Shown here piece by piece: positions 9,277 to 19,575 of a stretch of DNA of 64,000 nt. How positions within the stretch are numbered: position 1 is the first letter of the stretch; each line of letters opens with the position of its first letter. The translations under genes were made by a program, and so were the position numbers. This DNA comes from Myxococcota bacterium (GTDB taxonomy: Bacteria; Myxococcota_A; UBA9160; UBA4427), in NCBI GenBank assembly GCA_036336835.1, contig JAYZFK010000024.1, positions 1 through 64,000 on the forward strand, written 5' to 3'. The notes below the pieces were generated by a model, which worked only from the letters and a program-made list of their open reading frames with translations, made no database searches and was not told where the DNA came from.

Positions 9277-10226
9277 GACGCAAGGAGCGTCTCGATCCGA
9301 GCGGCGAGCGCGGCCCCGCGCGAAACCAGGGTCTCTTCCTTGACCAGACGGTCGATCCGCGAGATCGCGGCGTGCGCGAGCGAGGCGTAGCGCTCCTCTG
9401 AGTCATCGGGCTCTGCGTCGAGCCAGGCCTCGAGCTGCTCGAGACTCGCGGGATAGTCGCCCTCCAGGAAGGCGCGCATGCCGAGCGCATAGCACGAGAG
9501 GCGGGCGAGATCGGACCTCGGGGTCGCTGCATCCGAGCCAGACCGATCGCTGGCCATCGTCAGAGCGGTCAGCGCCAGTCCGAAGTGTGCGCTCGCAAGA
9601 TAGGAGAGACCCGCCGCGACGTAGCCCTCGGTGGCGTCGCCGTGCATCTGCTCGAGCAACCCGTCGAGACCGCCCGGATGGAGCTGCTCGACGCGATCGC
9701 ACTGCTCGATCAGGTAACGCGTGATCAAGCCATCGCGGCGACCGCGAAGTAGCGCCCACAGCTGATCACCCGTGTGAGCCAGCAGGGCTTCGGTCTCCTG
9801 CAGCGCCTCGCCCAGGCGCGCCTCGGCGGTCGCCTGGATCTTGTCGAACTCGCGGAGCAGCTCGGCCTCCTCGGGATCACCCTCTGCCCCATTGTTCCGC
9901 AATGCTCGCACCCTCGGCGCGTAGACCACCTGCTGGTAGAAGTTCTCGCGGAACTTCATCGCCTCGTGAAACAGCGAGCCGACGGCCAGGTCGAACAGGG
10001 CGGCCCGCCGCATGGGTGCCTGATCGGCGCCTTTGCCCCGAAACAGCGTGTGGCAGCGTTCCTTCAGCCGGAACAGCGGACTGCGCTCGTCGTCGTTGCA
10101 CAGGTCGCGGACCGAGCCAAAGTCGAGCTCTCCCGCTCGAAACTGCTCGAACAGCTCGACCATGCGCTCGTGCACCTCGAGGTACTCGCGAACGATATCC
10201 ACGCTCCCAGCGCTCGTGTCGTTCAT
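9228..10226 (-). CDS. Conserved hypothetical alpha-helical protein
   Basis: Long coding-like ORF; LFRLKERCH..LFDLAVGSLFHEAMKFRENFYQ; 3' end overlaps lgt; start could be 10265. Confidence 0.75.
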   Translation of the reverse strand: MNDTSAGSVDIVREYLEVHERMVELFEQFRAGELDFGSVRDLCNDDERSPLFRLKERCHTLFRGKGADQAPMRRAALFDLAVGSLFHEAMKFRENFYQQVVYAPRVRALRNNGAEGDPEEAELLREFDKIQATAEARLGEALQETEALLAHTGDQLWALLRGRRDGLITRYLIEQCDRVEQLHPGGLDGLLEQMHGDATEGYVAAGLSYLASAHFGLALTALTMASDRSGSDAATPRSDLARLSCYALGMRAFLEGDYPASLEQLEAWLDAEPDDSEERYASLAHAAISRIDRLVKEETLVSRGAALAARIETLLASQAARAGPGNGAGFER

Positions 10227-10271
10227 CGTCGGGACTCTCCTCGCCTCGATCGCTTCGACGATCACACCCGG

Positions 10272-10568
10272 TCAGGCGCGAAAGCGCGATGTCCGAGGCG
10301 ACAGCACCAGCTCGTGGCCACGCTTCGGATGCAGCTTGCGAGCCCGCTCGAACAACCGGGCTTCGGACTCGACGCGCTCGGCGTCCAGGATGCAGCAGTC
10401 CACGGGACACACCACGGCGCACTGCTCCTCAGCGTGGAAGCCGACGCACTCCGTGCAGCGCTGGGGGTCGATCTCGTGGATCCCACTCCCAGGATGGATC
10501 GCCTCATTCGGACACACCTCGACGCACAAGCCGCAGTCGATGCAGTCCGGCGTGATCCTGGTGGACAT
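10272..10568 (-). CDS. YfhL-family 2x[4Fe-4S] ferredoxin
   Basis: CIDCGLCVEVCP and CTECVGF..QCAVVCPVDCC. Confidence 0.92.
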   Translation of the reverse strand: MSTRITPDCIDCGLCVEVCPNEAIHPGSGIHEIDPQRCTECVGFHAEEQCAVVCPVDCCILDAERVESEARLFERARKLHPKRGHELVLSPRTSRFRA

Positions 10569-10782
10569 CGATCGGATCCTTCCCGCCGAGCGTCCGGCGG
10601 CGCGCAGGGTAGCGAGGCTCATCGGTCGGTAGCGAGACCAGGCTGAGACCCCAACGAATGGCGAATCCCGCGGGGCGAGCCGCCAGCAATACGGAACGGG
10701 GCCGAATTCGTTGTGGCACGGGGGCCCTTTTCTTACTCTCCGCCCGCCGCGACCCGAGGGAGCGGACTCCAGGAGGACCACC

Positions 10783-12483
10783 GTGAGTGAAGTCGAACGC
10801 GAGAGCATGGAAGTCGACGTCCTGTACGTCGGCGCCGGCCCGGCCAACCTCGCCTCTGCCTACCACCTGATGAACCAGGTCGAGGCGTACAACGAGCGCG
10901 CCGAGACCGCGGGCAAACAGCCACTCGAGCCGCCCGTGATCCTCGTGATCGAGAAGTCGGCCGAGATCGGCGACCACCAGCTCTCGGGCGCGGTGATCAA
11001 TCCGCGCGCGATCCGGGAGCTCGTCGGAGAGGACTTCGTCGAGCAGGGCTTCCCGACCGAGTACGTCTGCACCCACGACTACTTCTACCTGTTCACGCGC
11101 AAGCGGACGATCAAGCCGCCGCGCTTCGCGAACCCCCCGATGTTCAAGAAGAAGGGCTACCACATCGCCTCGCTCAGCAACGTCGTGAAGTGGATGGGGA
11201 GCAAGTGCGAAGAGAAGGGGATCGAGATCTACCCCGGCTTCGCCGCGGCCGAGCTCCTGACCGAAGGTAGCCGTGTGCTCGGCGTCCGGACGGGCGACAT
11301 GGGCGTGGCCGCCGACGGCTCGCACAAACCCACCTACCAGGCGGGCATGGACATCCTGGCCAAGGTGACGGTGCTGGGCGAAGGCGTGCGCGGCAGCCTG
11401 ACCAAGAAGCTGATCGACGACTTCGACCTGCACGGCACCAACCCGCAGACCTTCGAGACGGGCATCAAGGAGATCTGGCGGGTCAAGCCCGAGAAGCACC
11501 AGCCGGGACGGGTGATCCACGGCTCGTTATTCCCCGACTTCTTCAGTCAGCTCAACGGCATGTGGCTCTACGACATGAAGGACGACCTGGTGTCCTTCGG
11601 CTTCGTGACACCGCTCGCCTCCGAGGATCCCCACAACGACCCGTGGCGCAAGTCGCAGGAGTTCAAGCAGACGCCCTTCATGCGCGACCTGCTCGACGGC
11701 GCCGAGCTCGTCCGATACGGCGCGAAGACGATCCCGACCGGCGCGCTCTACGCCCAGCCGAAGCTCTACTGCAACGGTGCCATGCTAGTCGGCGACGCCG
11801 CCTCGATGTGCAACATCATGAAGCTCTCGGGCGTCCACATGGGCATGAAGACGGGGATGCTCGCGGCAGAGACGATCGTCGACGCCCTCGCCCAGGACGA
11901 CTTCACCAGCACCACACTGGGCGGCTACACCGAGCGCTACCGCGCGAGCTGGGCCTACGAGGAGCACCTCGAGGGCCGCAACTTCACCGGCAGCAACGAA
12001 ACCCACCCGGCGTTCGGGTTGCTGAACATCCCGCTGATGATCCTCACCGGCGGGCGCGGACTGATCGACCCGATCCTGACCCACCCGGACCACAAGTCGA
12101 TGAAGAAGCTGCACGAGCTGCCCGCGAAGCTGCGCAACCCCGAGCCGTTCGTACCCGACGGGGTGCTCACCTTCAGCAAGGAGCACCTGGTCGGCTTCAG
12201 CGGCACGACGCACGAGGCCGATCAGCCTTCGCACCTCGTGGTCAGCGATACCGACCTGTGCTCGACGGTATGCGCCGAGGAGTACGGCAACCCGTGCGAG
12301 AACTTCTGCCCGGCCGCGGTCTACGAAATGGTGGACGACAGCGACAACCCGGGGAAGAAGACCCTGTTCATCCACCACGAGAACTGTGTGCACTGCAAGA
12401 CCTGCGACATCGCCGACCCCTACCAGGTCATCACCTGGACGACGCCGCAGGGCGGCGAGGGGCCGGACTACACGCAGATGTAG
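10783..12483 (+). CDS. Electron transfer flavoprotein-quinone oxidoreductase
   Basis: VGAGPA FAD motif, LSGAVINP, EIYPGF, FCPAAVYE..NCVHCKTCDI; AGGAGG before GTG. Confidence 0.95.
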   Translation: MSEVERESMEVDVLYVGAGPANLASAYHLMNQVEAYNERAETAGKQPLEPPVILVIEKSAEIGDHQLSGAVINPRAIRELVGEDFVEQGFPTEYVCTHDYFYLFTRKRTIKPPRFANPPMFKKKGYHIASLSNVVKWMGSKCEEKGIEIYPGFAAAELLTEGSRVLGVRTGDMGVAADGSHKPTYQAGMDILAKVTVLGEGVRGSLTKKLIDDFDLHGTNPQTFETGIKEIWRVKPEKHQPGRVIHGSLFPDFFSQLNGMWLYDMKDDLVSFGFVTPLASEDPHNDPWRKSQEFKQTPFMRDLLDGAELVRYGAKTIPTGALYAQPKLYCNGAMLVGDAASMCNIMKLSGVHMGMKTGMLAAETIVDALAQDDFTSTTLGGYTERYRASWAYEEHLEGRNFTGSNETHPAFGLLNIPLMILTGGRGLIDPILTHPDHKSMKKLHELPAKLRNPEPFVPDGVLTFSKEHLVGFSGTTHEADQPSHLVVSDTDLCSTVCAEEYGNPCENFCPAAVYEMVDDSDNPGKKTLFIHHENCVHCKTCDIADPYQVITWTTPQGGEGPDYTQM

Positions 12484-13368
12484 CTAGCCTCGTTTGGCGA
12501 TCACCTCGAGCAGGCCGTCGATCTCGGCGAGATCGGCGGTGGCCGAGTTGAGCATGCACTCCTCGACGCCGAGCTCTTCGTAGGTATCGAGCGCCTCGCG
12601 CACGGCGTCGGCGTTCGAGCGCGTCTGCTGCGTTGCCATCGCGGTCGCGAGCTCCTCGCCTGCGATGCGCAGGTACTTGTAGACGTAGTCGTGCAGGTGC
12701 TTGGCTGCGTCTGGAGCGAGCGAGTACCAGAAGCCCGCCATGTGCTGCGGAGGCTCGCTGCGCCCGGCCGCGTCCCAGGCCTCGCGCACACGCGCGAGCT
12801 GGCCCGCCATGTCATCGCGCGCGGCGTTGCCCGACCACGAGTAGACCCCGTCGGCCCACTTCGCGGCGCGTCGAGTCGCCTTCGGGCCCATCACGCCGGC
12901 CAGGATGGGCGGCCCGCCGGGCTGCACCGGCAGGGGACCGACGGCTTCGGTCCCCTCGAACGGCAGCTCACCGCGCCAGATCGCCCTGATCTGGGCGACC
13001 TGCTCGTCCATGCGCGCGTGAGTACGGACCATCTCGCGCTCCATGCAGCGGTAGTCGTGCGGCCGCCCGCCGACGCCGACCGTGATCGTCACACGGCCAC
13101 CCGAGATCAGGTCGAGCGTGGCAGCGTGCTTGGCCACCCAGACGGCGGAGTGCATCGGCAGCACGTAGAGCGTCGGCACGATTCGAATGCGCTCGGTCCG
13201 GGCGGCGGCCGCCGCCAGGGTCGACCCCATCTCGACGCTGGGTCCGATCATGCGCTCGCCGCAGGAGATGCCCGAGAACGGCCCCTGCTCCACGCGGCGG
13301 AACCACTCGAACATCGTGGTGCGGTCCATCGCCGGCTGGGTGTACGGAAAGCACAGCCCGATCTTCAT
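12484..13368 (-). CDS. LLM-class (luciferase-like) oxidoreductase, possibly F420-dependent
   Basis: LAAAAARTERIRI, AKHAATLDLISGGRV, PPILAG..RAAKWADG. Confidence 0.88.
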   Translation of the reverse strand: MKIGLCFPYTQPAMDRTTMFEWFRRVEQGPFSGISCGERMIGPSVEMGSTLAAAAARTERIRIVPTLYVLPMHSAVWVAKHAATLDLISGGRVTITVGVGGRPHDYRCMEREMVRTHARMDEQVAQIRAIWRGELPFEGTEAVGPLPVQPGGPPILAGVMGPKATRRAAKWADGVYSWSGNAARDDMAGQLARVREAWDAAGRSEPPQHMAGFWYSLAPDAAKHLHDYVYKYLRIAGEELATAMATQQTRSNADAVREALDTYEELGVEECMLNSATADLAEIDGLLEVIAKRG

Positions 13369-13382
13369 CCCGAATCCTCCAG

Positions 13383-14279
13383 ATGTGCCATTCTAGCGGC
13401 GATTCTCGCGGGGAGTTCCCACTGACCAAGCTCGATCAGTTCGAGTCCGTCTTCAAGTCTGCCGCCAAGGAGAAGTTCGCGTACGAGCGCGTCGATCTCA
13501 CTCGAGTCCTCCTCGTCAGCGACCTCCCCACAGACTCGACCGTTCCGCTGCTTGGCCAGGTCCGGTCGTTCCTCAGCGTACTCGAGGGGACCCGTACCGA
13601 GTGGCGGCAGCTGTCCGGCGACGACTTCGAGAGCGTGCACCAGCTACTCGAGCGCGTCGCCGAGCGCAGGCCCGACCTGATCGTGACCTGGCGCCATCTC
13701 CACTCGAACGCCTGGCATTGGCCCTACAGCCTGGGCGAGCACCTCGACGTGCTGACCCAGGCAACCGAGGTTCCCGTGCTAGTGCTGCCCCACCCGGACG
13801 CGGACCGCGCGCTGCCCCACACACTGCAGAACACCGACCGGGTCATGGCGATCACCGACCACCTGACGGGCGACGCCCGCCTGGTGAACCACGCGCTGCG
13901 CTTCAGCGAGCCCGGAGGCACCTGCTGGCTCACCCACATCGAGGGCGAGCGGCAGTTCGAGCGCTTCCTGGAGGCCGTCTCCAAGATCCCGGAGATCGAC
14001 ACTGAGGCCGCGCGGGAGCGCGTCGCCGAGCAGCTGCTCAAGGAGCCGCGCGACTACATCCGCTCGTGTCGCGAAGGGATCGAGGCGCAGCAGCTCGACG
14101 TGAAGATCGAGGAGATCGTCCGGATGGGCCGCCGTGTCTCCGAGTACGAGAGTCTGGTCGCCGAGCAGCGCATCGACCTGCTCGTTCTCAATACGATGGA
14201 CGGAGACCAGCTGGCGATGCACGGCCAGGCCTACCCGCTGGCGGTCGAGCTGCGCAGGGTCCCGCTGCTGATGTTGTAG
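13383..14279 (+). CDS. Hypothetical protein with universal-stress-protein-like tandem domains
   Basis: PDLIVTWR..VPVLVLP and IDLLVLNT..VPLLML repeats; true start may be CTG at 13422. Confidence 0.7.
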   Translation: MCHSSGDSRGEFPLTKLDQFESVFKSAAKEKFAYERVDLTRVLLVSDLPTDSTVPLLGQVRSFLSVLEGTRTEWRQLSGDDFESVHQLLERVAERRPDLIVTWRHLHSNAWHWPYSLGEHLDVLTQATEVPVLVLPHPDADRALPHTLQNTDRVMAITDHLTGDARLVNHALRFSEPGGTCWLTHIEGERQFERFLEAVSKIPEIDTEAARERVAEQLLKEPRDYIRSCREGIEAQQLDVKIEEIVRMGRRVSEYESLVAEQRIDLLVLNTMDGDQLAMHGQAYPLAVELRRVPLLML

Positions 14280-14297
14280 GAGGCGAGACGAACCACA

Positions 14298-15668
14298 ATG
14301 GATCACCAAGTCCCGCTGGGCGTGACCCTGCTGTTCGCCGCCCTGCTCGTTGTGATGATCGCCTGCCTCGCCCTCGAGGAGAAGATCCACGCCAAGAAGT
14401 CCGTGATCGTCGGCGTGTTCGCGGTCGGCTTGCTGCTGATCGGTGGACTCTTCGACCTCTTGCCCTTCAGCGCGATGGATCTGCACGTGGGGGAGACGGA
14501 CATCCACTTGCCCATCTATATCCCGGCCATCGACTGGGGCGTGGTGGCGATCATCCTCGGCTCCTCGCTCTTCGTGGACATCACCGCAAAGTCGGGCCTC
14601 TTCACCTGGATCGCGATCAAGCTCACAAAGGCCTCGAGGGGCGACCCGCTCGTGCTGCTCGCCTACTACGGTGCCATGACCGTCGTATTCTCGGCGGTGC
14701 TCAACAACGTGACGGCGATGATCATCGTCGGATCGCTCAGCGCGGTCTCGCTGCGTCGCCTCGGGATCCAGGAACAGCTCCTGGGCTTCCTCCTGATCGA
14801 AGGCCTGCTCACGAACGTGGGGGGTATGCTGACGCTGATCAGCTCGGTGCCGAACATCATCGTGGGCAACACGGCGGGCATCTCCTTCTTCACCTTCTTC
14901 GTGCGCTCCGCCCCGTACGTCGTGGTGTCGACAGCGGCGTCTGTCTGGCTCGGTGCGCGCCTCTTCGGCATTCGCCGGCTCGCGACGCAGGCCGAACGTG
15001 CCGCGGCCAAGCGCCTGTTGGCGGGCCTCGACGAGAACGACGGTCTGGACTCGAAGCTGCGGTTCTGGCTCGGGGCGATCCTGCTGCTCGCCTTCATCGT
15101 CGTGATCGCGAGCGCCTCGATCCCGGGCACACTGCTGAACGAGCTGGGGATGGGCTACGTCGCAATCTCGTTCGCGATCGTCGCGCTCATCCAGTACAAG
15201 GCCACGGCCGATCGCTTCTACCGCGATCTCGACTGGGACCTGCTCGCCTTCTTCGCCGCGCTCTTCATCGTGATCAACGTGATGGAGCACGCCCAGGTGC
15301 TGCACTGGATCGGACGTGGACTGGCGCCGATCCTCGAGCTGGGCGAGCGGGCCGGGCCGGCCGCGCTGCTGCTCGCCTCCGCCCTCGCCAGCTCGGTCAC
15401 GGACAACATCCCGCTGGCGGCGATGCTGGCAAAAATACTGGGCGGGCTCGACCTGCCCGCAAGCTCTCCCTACTGGTGGGCGGTGATCTTTGGCGCGAAC
15501 CTCGGCGGCAACCTCACACCGATCGGCTCCGCGTCGACGCTGGTGGCCGTCACCATCATCCACAAGAACGATCTCGAGCTGTCCTTTGCGGGCTTCGTAC
15601 GTACCGCGTTCCCCTACGCGGTCCTCCAGCTCGCCCTGGCAGTGGGGTACGTCCTGCTCTTGCCGTGA
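14298..15668 (+). CDS. ArsB/NhaD/SLC13-type ion transporter
   Basis: Multiple TM helices; SAVLNNVTA, SSVTDNIP, ANLGGNLTPIGSAS. Confidence 0.9.
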   Translation: MDHQVPLGVTLLFAALLVVMIACLALEEKIHAKKSVIVGVFAVGLLLIGGLFDLLPFSAMDLHVGETDIHLPIYIPAIDWGVVAIILGSSLFVDITAKSGLFTWIAIKLTKASRGDPLVLLAYYGAMTVVFSAVLNNVTAMIIVGSLSAVSLRRLGIQEQLLGFLLIEGLLTNVGGMLTLISSVPNIIVGNTAGISFFTFFVRSAPYVVVSTAASVWLGARLFGIRRLATQAERAAAKRLLAGLDENDGLDSKLRFWLGAILLLAFIVVIASASIPGTLLNELGMGYVAISFAIVALIQYKATADRFYRDLDWDLLAFFAALFIVINVMEHAQVLHWIGRGLAPILELGERAGPAALLLASALASSVTDNIPLAAMLAKILGGLDLPASSPYWWAVIFGANLGGNLTPIGSASTLVAVTIIHKNDLELSFAGFVRTAFPYAVLQLALAVGYVLLLP

Positions 15669-15739
15669 CGAGCAGCGAGCCCCGGTCCACTGCCCGACGG
15701 CGCGACCCAGAGCCCGACGCCAAAGCGCGCACGCTGCGT

Positions 15740-16219
15740 TCAGCGACTCGCCGCTTCGAGCCCGCGAAAGCGCGTCCCAACCGTGACGCCGCCGGCCGCG
15801 AGGCTTCCCCCGATGGCCTCGAGCACATAGGCAGCGCCGGGTGCGAGCCCGGGGGCGGCGGGGAGCGTAGCCAGCGCCAGCACCGTGCCATCGCGCGAAA
15901 GCACCGCAATATCCATCGGCTGCAGGCGCAGACGGAAGGGCGGCATCACGGCATCCGAGGCCGCCAGCTCGTAGAGCATCGCTGGAAGCCGACCGTCGTC
16001 CTGCCGACGCAGCCGGTCCGCTTCAACGACCGCGAGTCCCTTGGCGTGCTCGGCGGGCGTGCGTGCGAGCCAGCCGATCAGCTGCAGATCGTCACTTCGA
16101 AGCTCGAGCTGCTCGAGCTCGCCGAGATCGAGGTCGAGCGTCTCCCCGCCCTGATAGCAAGCCCACCCACTCATCAGCATCGCCGCCGCAACCACTGCAG
16201 CACGACGCGGCTCTCGCAT
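15740..16219 (-). CDS. DUF192-like (COG1430) exported protein/lipoprotein
   Basis: ARTPAEHAKGL..ML..PMDIAVL..YVLEAIGG pattern; Cys after hydrophobic N-terminus. Confidence 0.65.
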   Translation of the reverse strand: MREPRRAAVVAAAMLMSGWACYQGGETLDLDLGELEQLELRSDDLQLIGWLARTPAEHAKGLAVVEADRLRRQDDGRLPAMLYELAASDAVMPPFRLRLQPMDIAVLSRDGTVLALATLPAAPGLAPGAAYVLEAIGGSLAAGGVTVGTRFRGLEAASR

Positions 16220-16275
16220 GCGCGTAGCTTATACTGAGCGGGCCCGCGCCGCGCACGCGGCTCGGGCCAGGGCTC

Positions 16276-17775
16276 TTGCGCAGCCCGCCAGCCGATGGAG
16301 CGGAGTTGTCACAGCCCTCGAGGCCGCCCTCGCCGACCGAAGGCGCTCGCGCCCCGGTAGTGACGTTCGTCGTCCTGGCGCTCACCCTGGGAATCGCGCA
16401 GGCACTGCTGCAGCCGCCCGGGCAGGTCACGGACGAAGGCGGCCACTTCGGTCGCAGCGCCCGCGTCGCGATCGGCGACTGGCTCCCACGCAGAGGCGAC
16501 GTGTTTGCGCCCGGCTCGCCCGAGCTGGTCGCCTACCTGTATCACTTCTACTCGAAGGAGCTCGAGCTCCGCGAGAGCGTTCCGAGAGACCGGGTTCCCT
16601 TTGCGGCCTACACCCTCGGCGAGTATTTCGCGACGCCGCCGCCGCTGGCGGGCCAGGAGCACGGCCGGCAGGCATTGCTGATCGGAACCGCGCGACTCAA
16701 TCCGAGCCACGGCTACCTGGGACAGGCGGCATTCCTGACTGTCGCGAGCTGGCTCGGTGATGCGCCCGCGCTGCACTTCTATGCCGGCCGACTCGGTGCA
16801 CTGTTCGCCGCGGTCGCCGTGACCTCGGCCGCGATCGCGATCCTGCCCGCGGGCCGCTGGCTCTTCGTCTTCTGCGCCATGACGCCGATGCTGCTCATCA
16901 TCCGCAGCTCCTTCAGCTCGGACTCGATGACCGTCTCGCTGTCGTGGCTGACAGTCGCGCTGTTCCTCCGCGCGCGAGTCCGCAGCGAGCCGATACGCGG
17001 CCCCGAGATCGCCGCCTTGTTGGCGGCCTGCCTCGGGATGACGCTGCTCAAGGCAAACCTGGTGCTCTTCCCGATGATCGCGCTGCTGCTGCCGGCAGAC
17101 CGCTTCCCCGACGCGCGTTGGCGCTGGGCAACGATCGCAGCGCTCCTGACGATTCCGTCGATCGCCACGTTCGGCTGGTGGAGCTGGGTCTCGGCGACCG
17201 ATTCGACCGTGGTCATCACGCCGGCGCCCGTGGCGACGCGCGGCGTGGCGAGCATCCTGCCGCTGCTTCCGCAGTTCGTGCTCGAGAGCCCGACACTGCT
17301 CGCCGGCAACGGCTGGAAGTGGCTCGGGCAGCTGGTCGGCGACTACTACGGCTCGCCGGGCTACCGCTCGCTGACGATCGCACTCCCCGACTGGTCGATC
17401 GCTCTCTGGGTCGCGCTGCTCGCGATGCTGGTCGCAACCGCTCCGCGCCACCCACGGATCGGGCCCTCGGCCGCCGCCGTGGCCGCGGGGCTCGGTCTCG
17501 CGCTGCTGCTCGGCACGATGTTCCTGTTCTGGCTCGGGCCACACCTCGGTGGCCCGATCGATCACCAGATCGAGTTCATGGGGGGGCGCTACCTGCACCC
17601 GTCCCTCGCTCTGGTCGTCCCGTTCGCCCTCGGATTGCAGGCACTGCGGGGCAACGCACCGGCCAGCCGGGCCCGACTCGCGACGCACCGCGGCGTCGCG
17701 GTCATCGGAGCAGTCGTCCTGATGGTGACGTCGCTGCTCACGAACCTGCGGATGAACCTCGGCTGGCCAGACTGA
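16276..17775 (+). CDS. DUF2142-like polytopic membrane protein (GT-C-like)
   Basis: QVTDEGGHFGRS after first TM; SFSSDS; GRYLHP; start uncertain. Confidence 0.75.
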   Translation: MRSPPADGAELSQPSRPPSPTEGARAPVVTFVVLALTLGIAQALLQPPGQVTDEGGHFGRSARVAIGDWLPRRGDVFAPGSPELVAYLYHFYSKELELRESVPRDRVPFAAYTLGEYFATPPPLAGQEHGRQALLIGTARLNPSHGYLGQAAFLTVASWLGDAPALHFYAGRLGALFAAVAVTSAAIAILPAGRWLFVFCAMTPMLLIIRSSFSSDSMTVSLSWLTVALFLRARVRSEPIRGPEIAALLAACLGMTLLKANLVLFPMIALLLPADRFPDARWRWATIAALLTIPSIATFGWWSWVSATDSTVVITPAPVATRGVASILPLLPQFVLESPTLLAGNGWKWLGQLVGDYYGSPGYRSLTIALPDWSIALWVALLAMLVATAPRHPRIGPSAAAVAAGLGLALLLGTMFLFWLGPHLGGPIDHQIEFMGGRYLHPSLALVVPFALGLQALRGNAPASRARLATHRGVAVIGAVVLMVTSLLTNLRMNLGWPD

Positions 17776-17791
17776 GGCGCTCGGCCGCCGC

Positions 17792-19534
17792 TCAGGGCTC
17801 GGCCCCGACGGGCTGCTCCGAACGAGGCACCCGGTACAAGCGGATGCTGTGACCCGCCGTCGCGATCGGCTCGCCGAGCCGGGCGGCCTCGACCTCGAGG
17901 GGCCGCCGAAAGTGAACCAGCCTGCCGTGGTCGTAGAGCGAGTAGCCGCGGCCCTGCAGGGTGGCGCTGATCGCGAGCAGTCCGGGTCGCACGCGCGCTC
18001 CCGCCGGAACCGAGTAGTCGATTCCGTAGATCGCCGGGTCGACGCGCCCGAAGTAGAGCAGCTGGATCGGACCGCCGCCGTGGAGCTCGACCTGCTCGCG
18101 CAGCTGAATCAGGTCCTGTCCCCAGTCGTAGTTCGACTGGACAGCCACGCGGTCACCGCGCGACGGGCCTCCGGCGAGCGCGTTGTAGTAGGAAAGATAG
18201 TCGGGATGGATGGCCAGGCTCACGAGCGCAACAGCGGCAACCGCGAGCCCTGCCGCGCGATCCCGCAGCCGCTGTGGCGGCGCGCTAGCGAGCACCACCG
18301 CGATGAAGCACCAACCGAGGGGGAGCGCGGGAAGCACCATCCGTAGACCGATCTGCTTCTCCGATCCGAACGACGACACCGCAAGCAATGCAGCCGCGGG
18401 CCCGAGCAGAAACAGCAGCGCATCGCCGCTGCCACGCCCGCGCGTGCGCACCACTCGAGCCGCGACCCACGCGGCGAGCAGCAGAATTGGCAGGGGTGTC
18501 TTGGTCGCAAGCAGGACCAGGAAGTAGTCCCAGCGACCGCCGTGGTACGAACGGCCGAGCAGATAGGACGGGTCGCCCTGCTCGATCGCCCTGGATTGTC
18601 GGTCGAGCGCCGACACGTAGTCGCGCGGCAGCGGCACGAGGGTCGCCGCGGGCAGCAGCGACGACACCATCTGCAGCCGGCTGCTCTCGAACTCGAAGCC
18701 ACCGAGGGGGGGAAACGGGCGCGTGAAGCCGTAGCCCAGGTGCAGCACGGCCAGGGCGATTGCGAACGCAAGACCACTGCCCGCGAGAATCCGAGAGCGC
18801 AACGCCGAGTCCGCACGAGCCCAGCTCACCGCGATCAGGAGCGCGATCACGGGCAACAGCAACAGCGCCGTGAACTTGACGAGCTGTGCTGCTCCGAGTG
18901 CCAGTCCGAGGCACGCGGCGCGACTCGGGCCCGGTCTGTGCAAGAAGCGCCACGCCATGTAGAGCGCGATGGTCATCGCCGCGGCGGCGCCCGCATCGGT
19001 CGTGACCAGCCGACCGTGGGCGATCATGTTCGGCGAGAAGAGCACGAGCCCCGCCGCCAGCAAGCCCGCAAAGTCGGGGCGCGTCGCCGACAGCTCACGC
19101 GCCCACGCGTAGAGGGCGATAGCGAGCAGCGAGACGACGGCCACGCTCGCGGTGCGCGCTGCCACGAAGGAGCGTTGATAGTCGGCTCCGCGCTCGAGCA
19201 TGTAGCGATAGCCGTCGCGCCAGAATGGGTTGGCCGTCGACCGATATAGCTCGCGGGCTGCGGGTGCCACCGGATTCGGCCGGCCACTGGGCTCGACGAA
19301 TCGAACGGGCAGAGCCGAGAGCCAGTGCATCAACGGGGGGTTCAGGCTGGCATGCGTGAAGTCGCCGGTCTCGAGCAGATAGACGCCCGCCGGCAGGTGA
19401 CCGAACTCGTCCACCGTCACGGACTTGCCCACCAGACTGGTGACCGCGAGTACGGCGTGGGCCACCAGCATCGCGAGCAGCAGCCAGTGCGCCCCTCGCA
19501 ACCGCTGCCGGGGCCCGTGTCGCTCGGAGGTCAC
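17792..19534 (-). CDS. GT39/ArnT-PMT-like membrane glycosyltransferase
   Basis: VTVDEFGHLPAG, NPPL, HGRLVTTD, SNYDWGQDL. Confidence 0.85.
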   Translation of the reverse strand: MTSERHGPRQRLRGAHWLLLAMLVAHAVLAVTSLVGKSVTVDEFGHLPAGVYLLETGDFTHASLNPPLMHWLSALPVRFVEPSGRPNPVAPAARELYRSTANPFWRDGYRYMLERGADYQRSFVAARTASVAVVSLLAIALYAWARELSATRPDFAGLLAAGLVLFSPNMIAHGRLVTTDAGAAAAMTIALYMAWRFLHRPGPSRAACLGLALGAAQLVKFTALLLLPVIALLIAVSWARADSALRSRILAGSGLAFAIALAVLHLGYGFTRPFPPLGGFEFESSRLQMVSSLLPAATLVPLPRDYVSALDRQSRAIEQGDPSYLLGRSYHGGRWDYFLVLLATKTPLPILLLAAWVAARVVRTRGRGSGDALLFLLGPAAALLAVSSFGSEKQIGLRMVLPALPLGWCFIAVVLASAPPQRLRDRAAGLAVAAVALVSLAIHPDYLSYYNALAGGPSRGDRVAVQSNYDWGQDLIQLREQVELHGGGPIQLLYFGRVDPAIYGIDYSVPAGARVRPGLLAISATLQGRGYSLYDHGRLVHFRRPLEVEAARLGEPIATAGHSIRLYRVPRSEQPVGAEP

Positions 19535-19575
19535 GGCGACCCGAAGGGCCCGAGCCGCCCGACACTGACCCGCAT

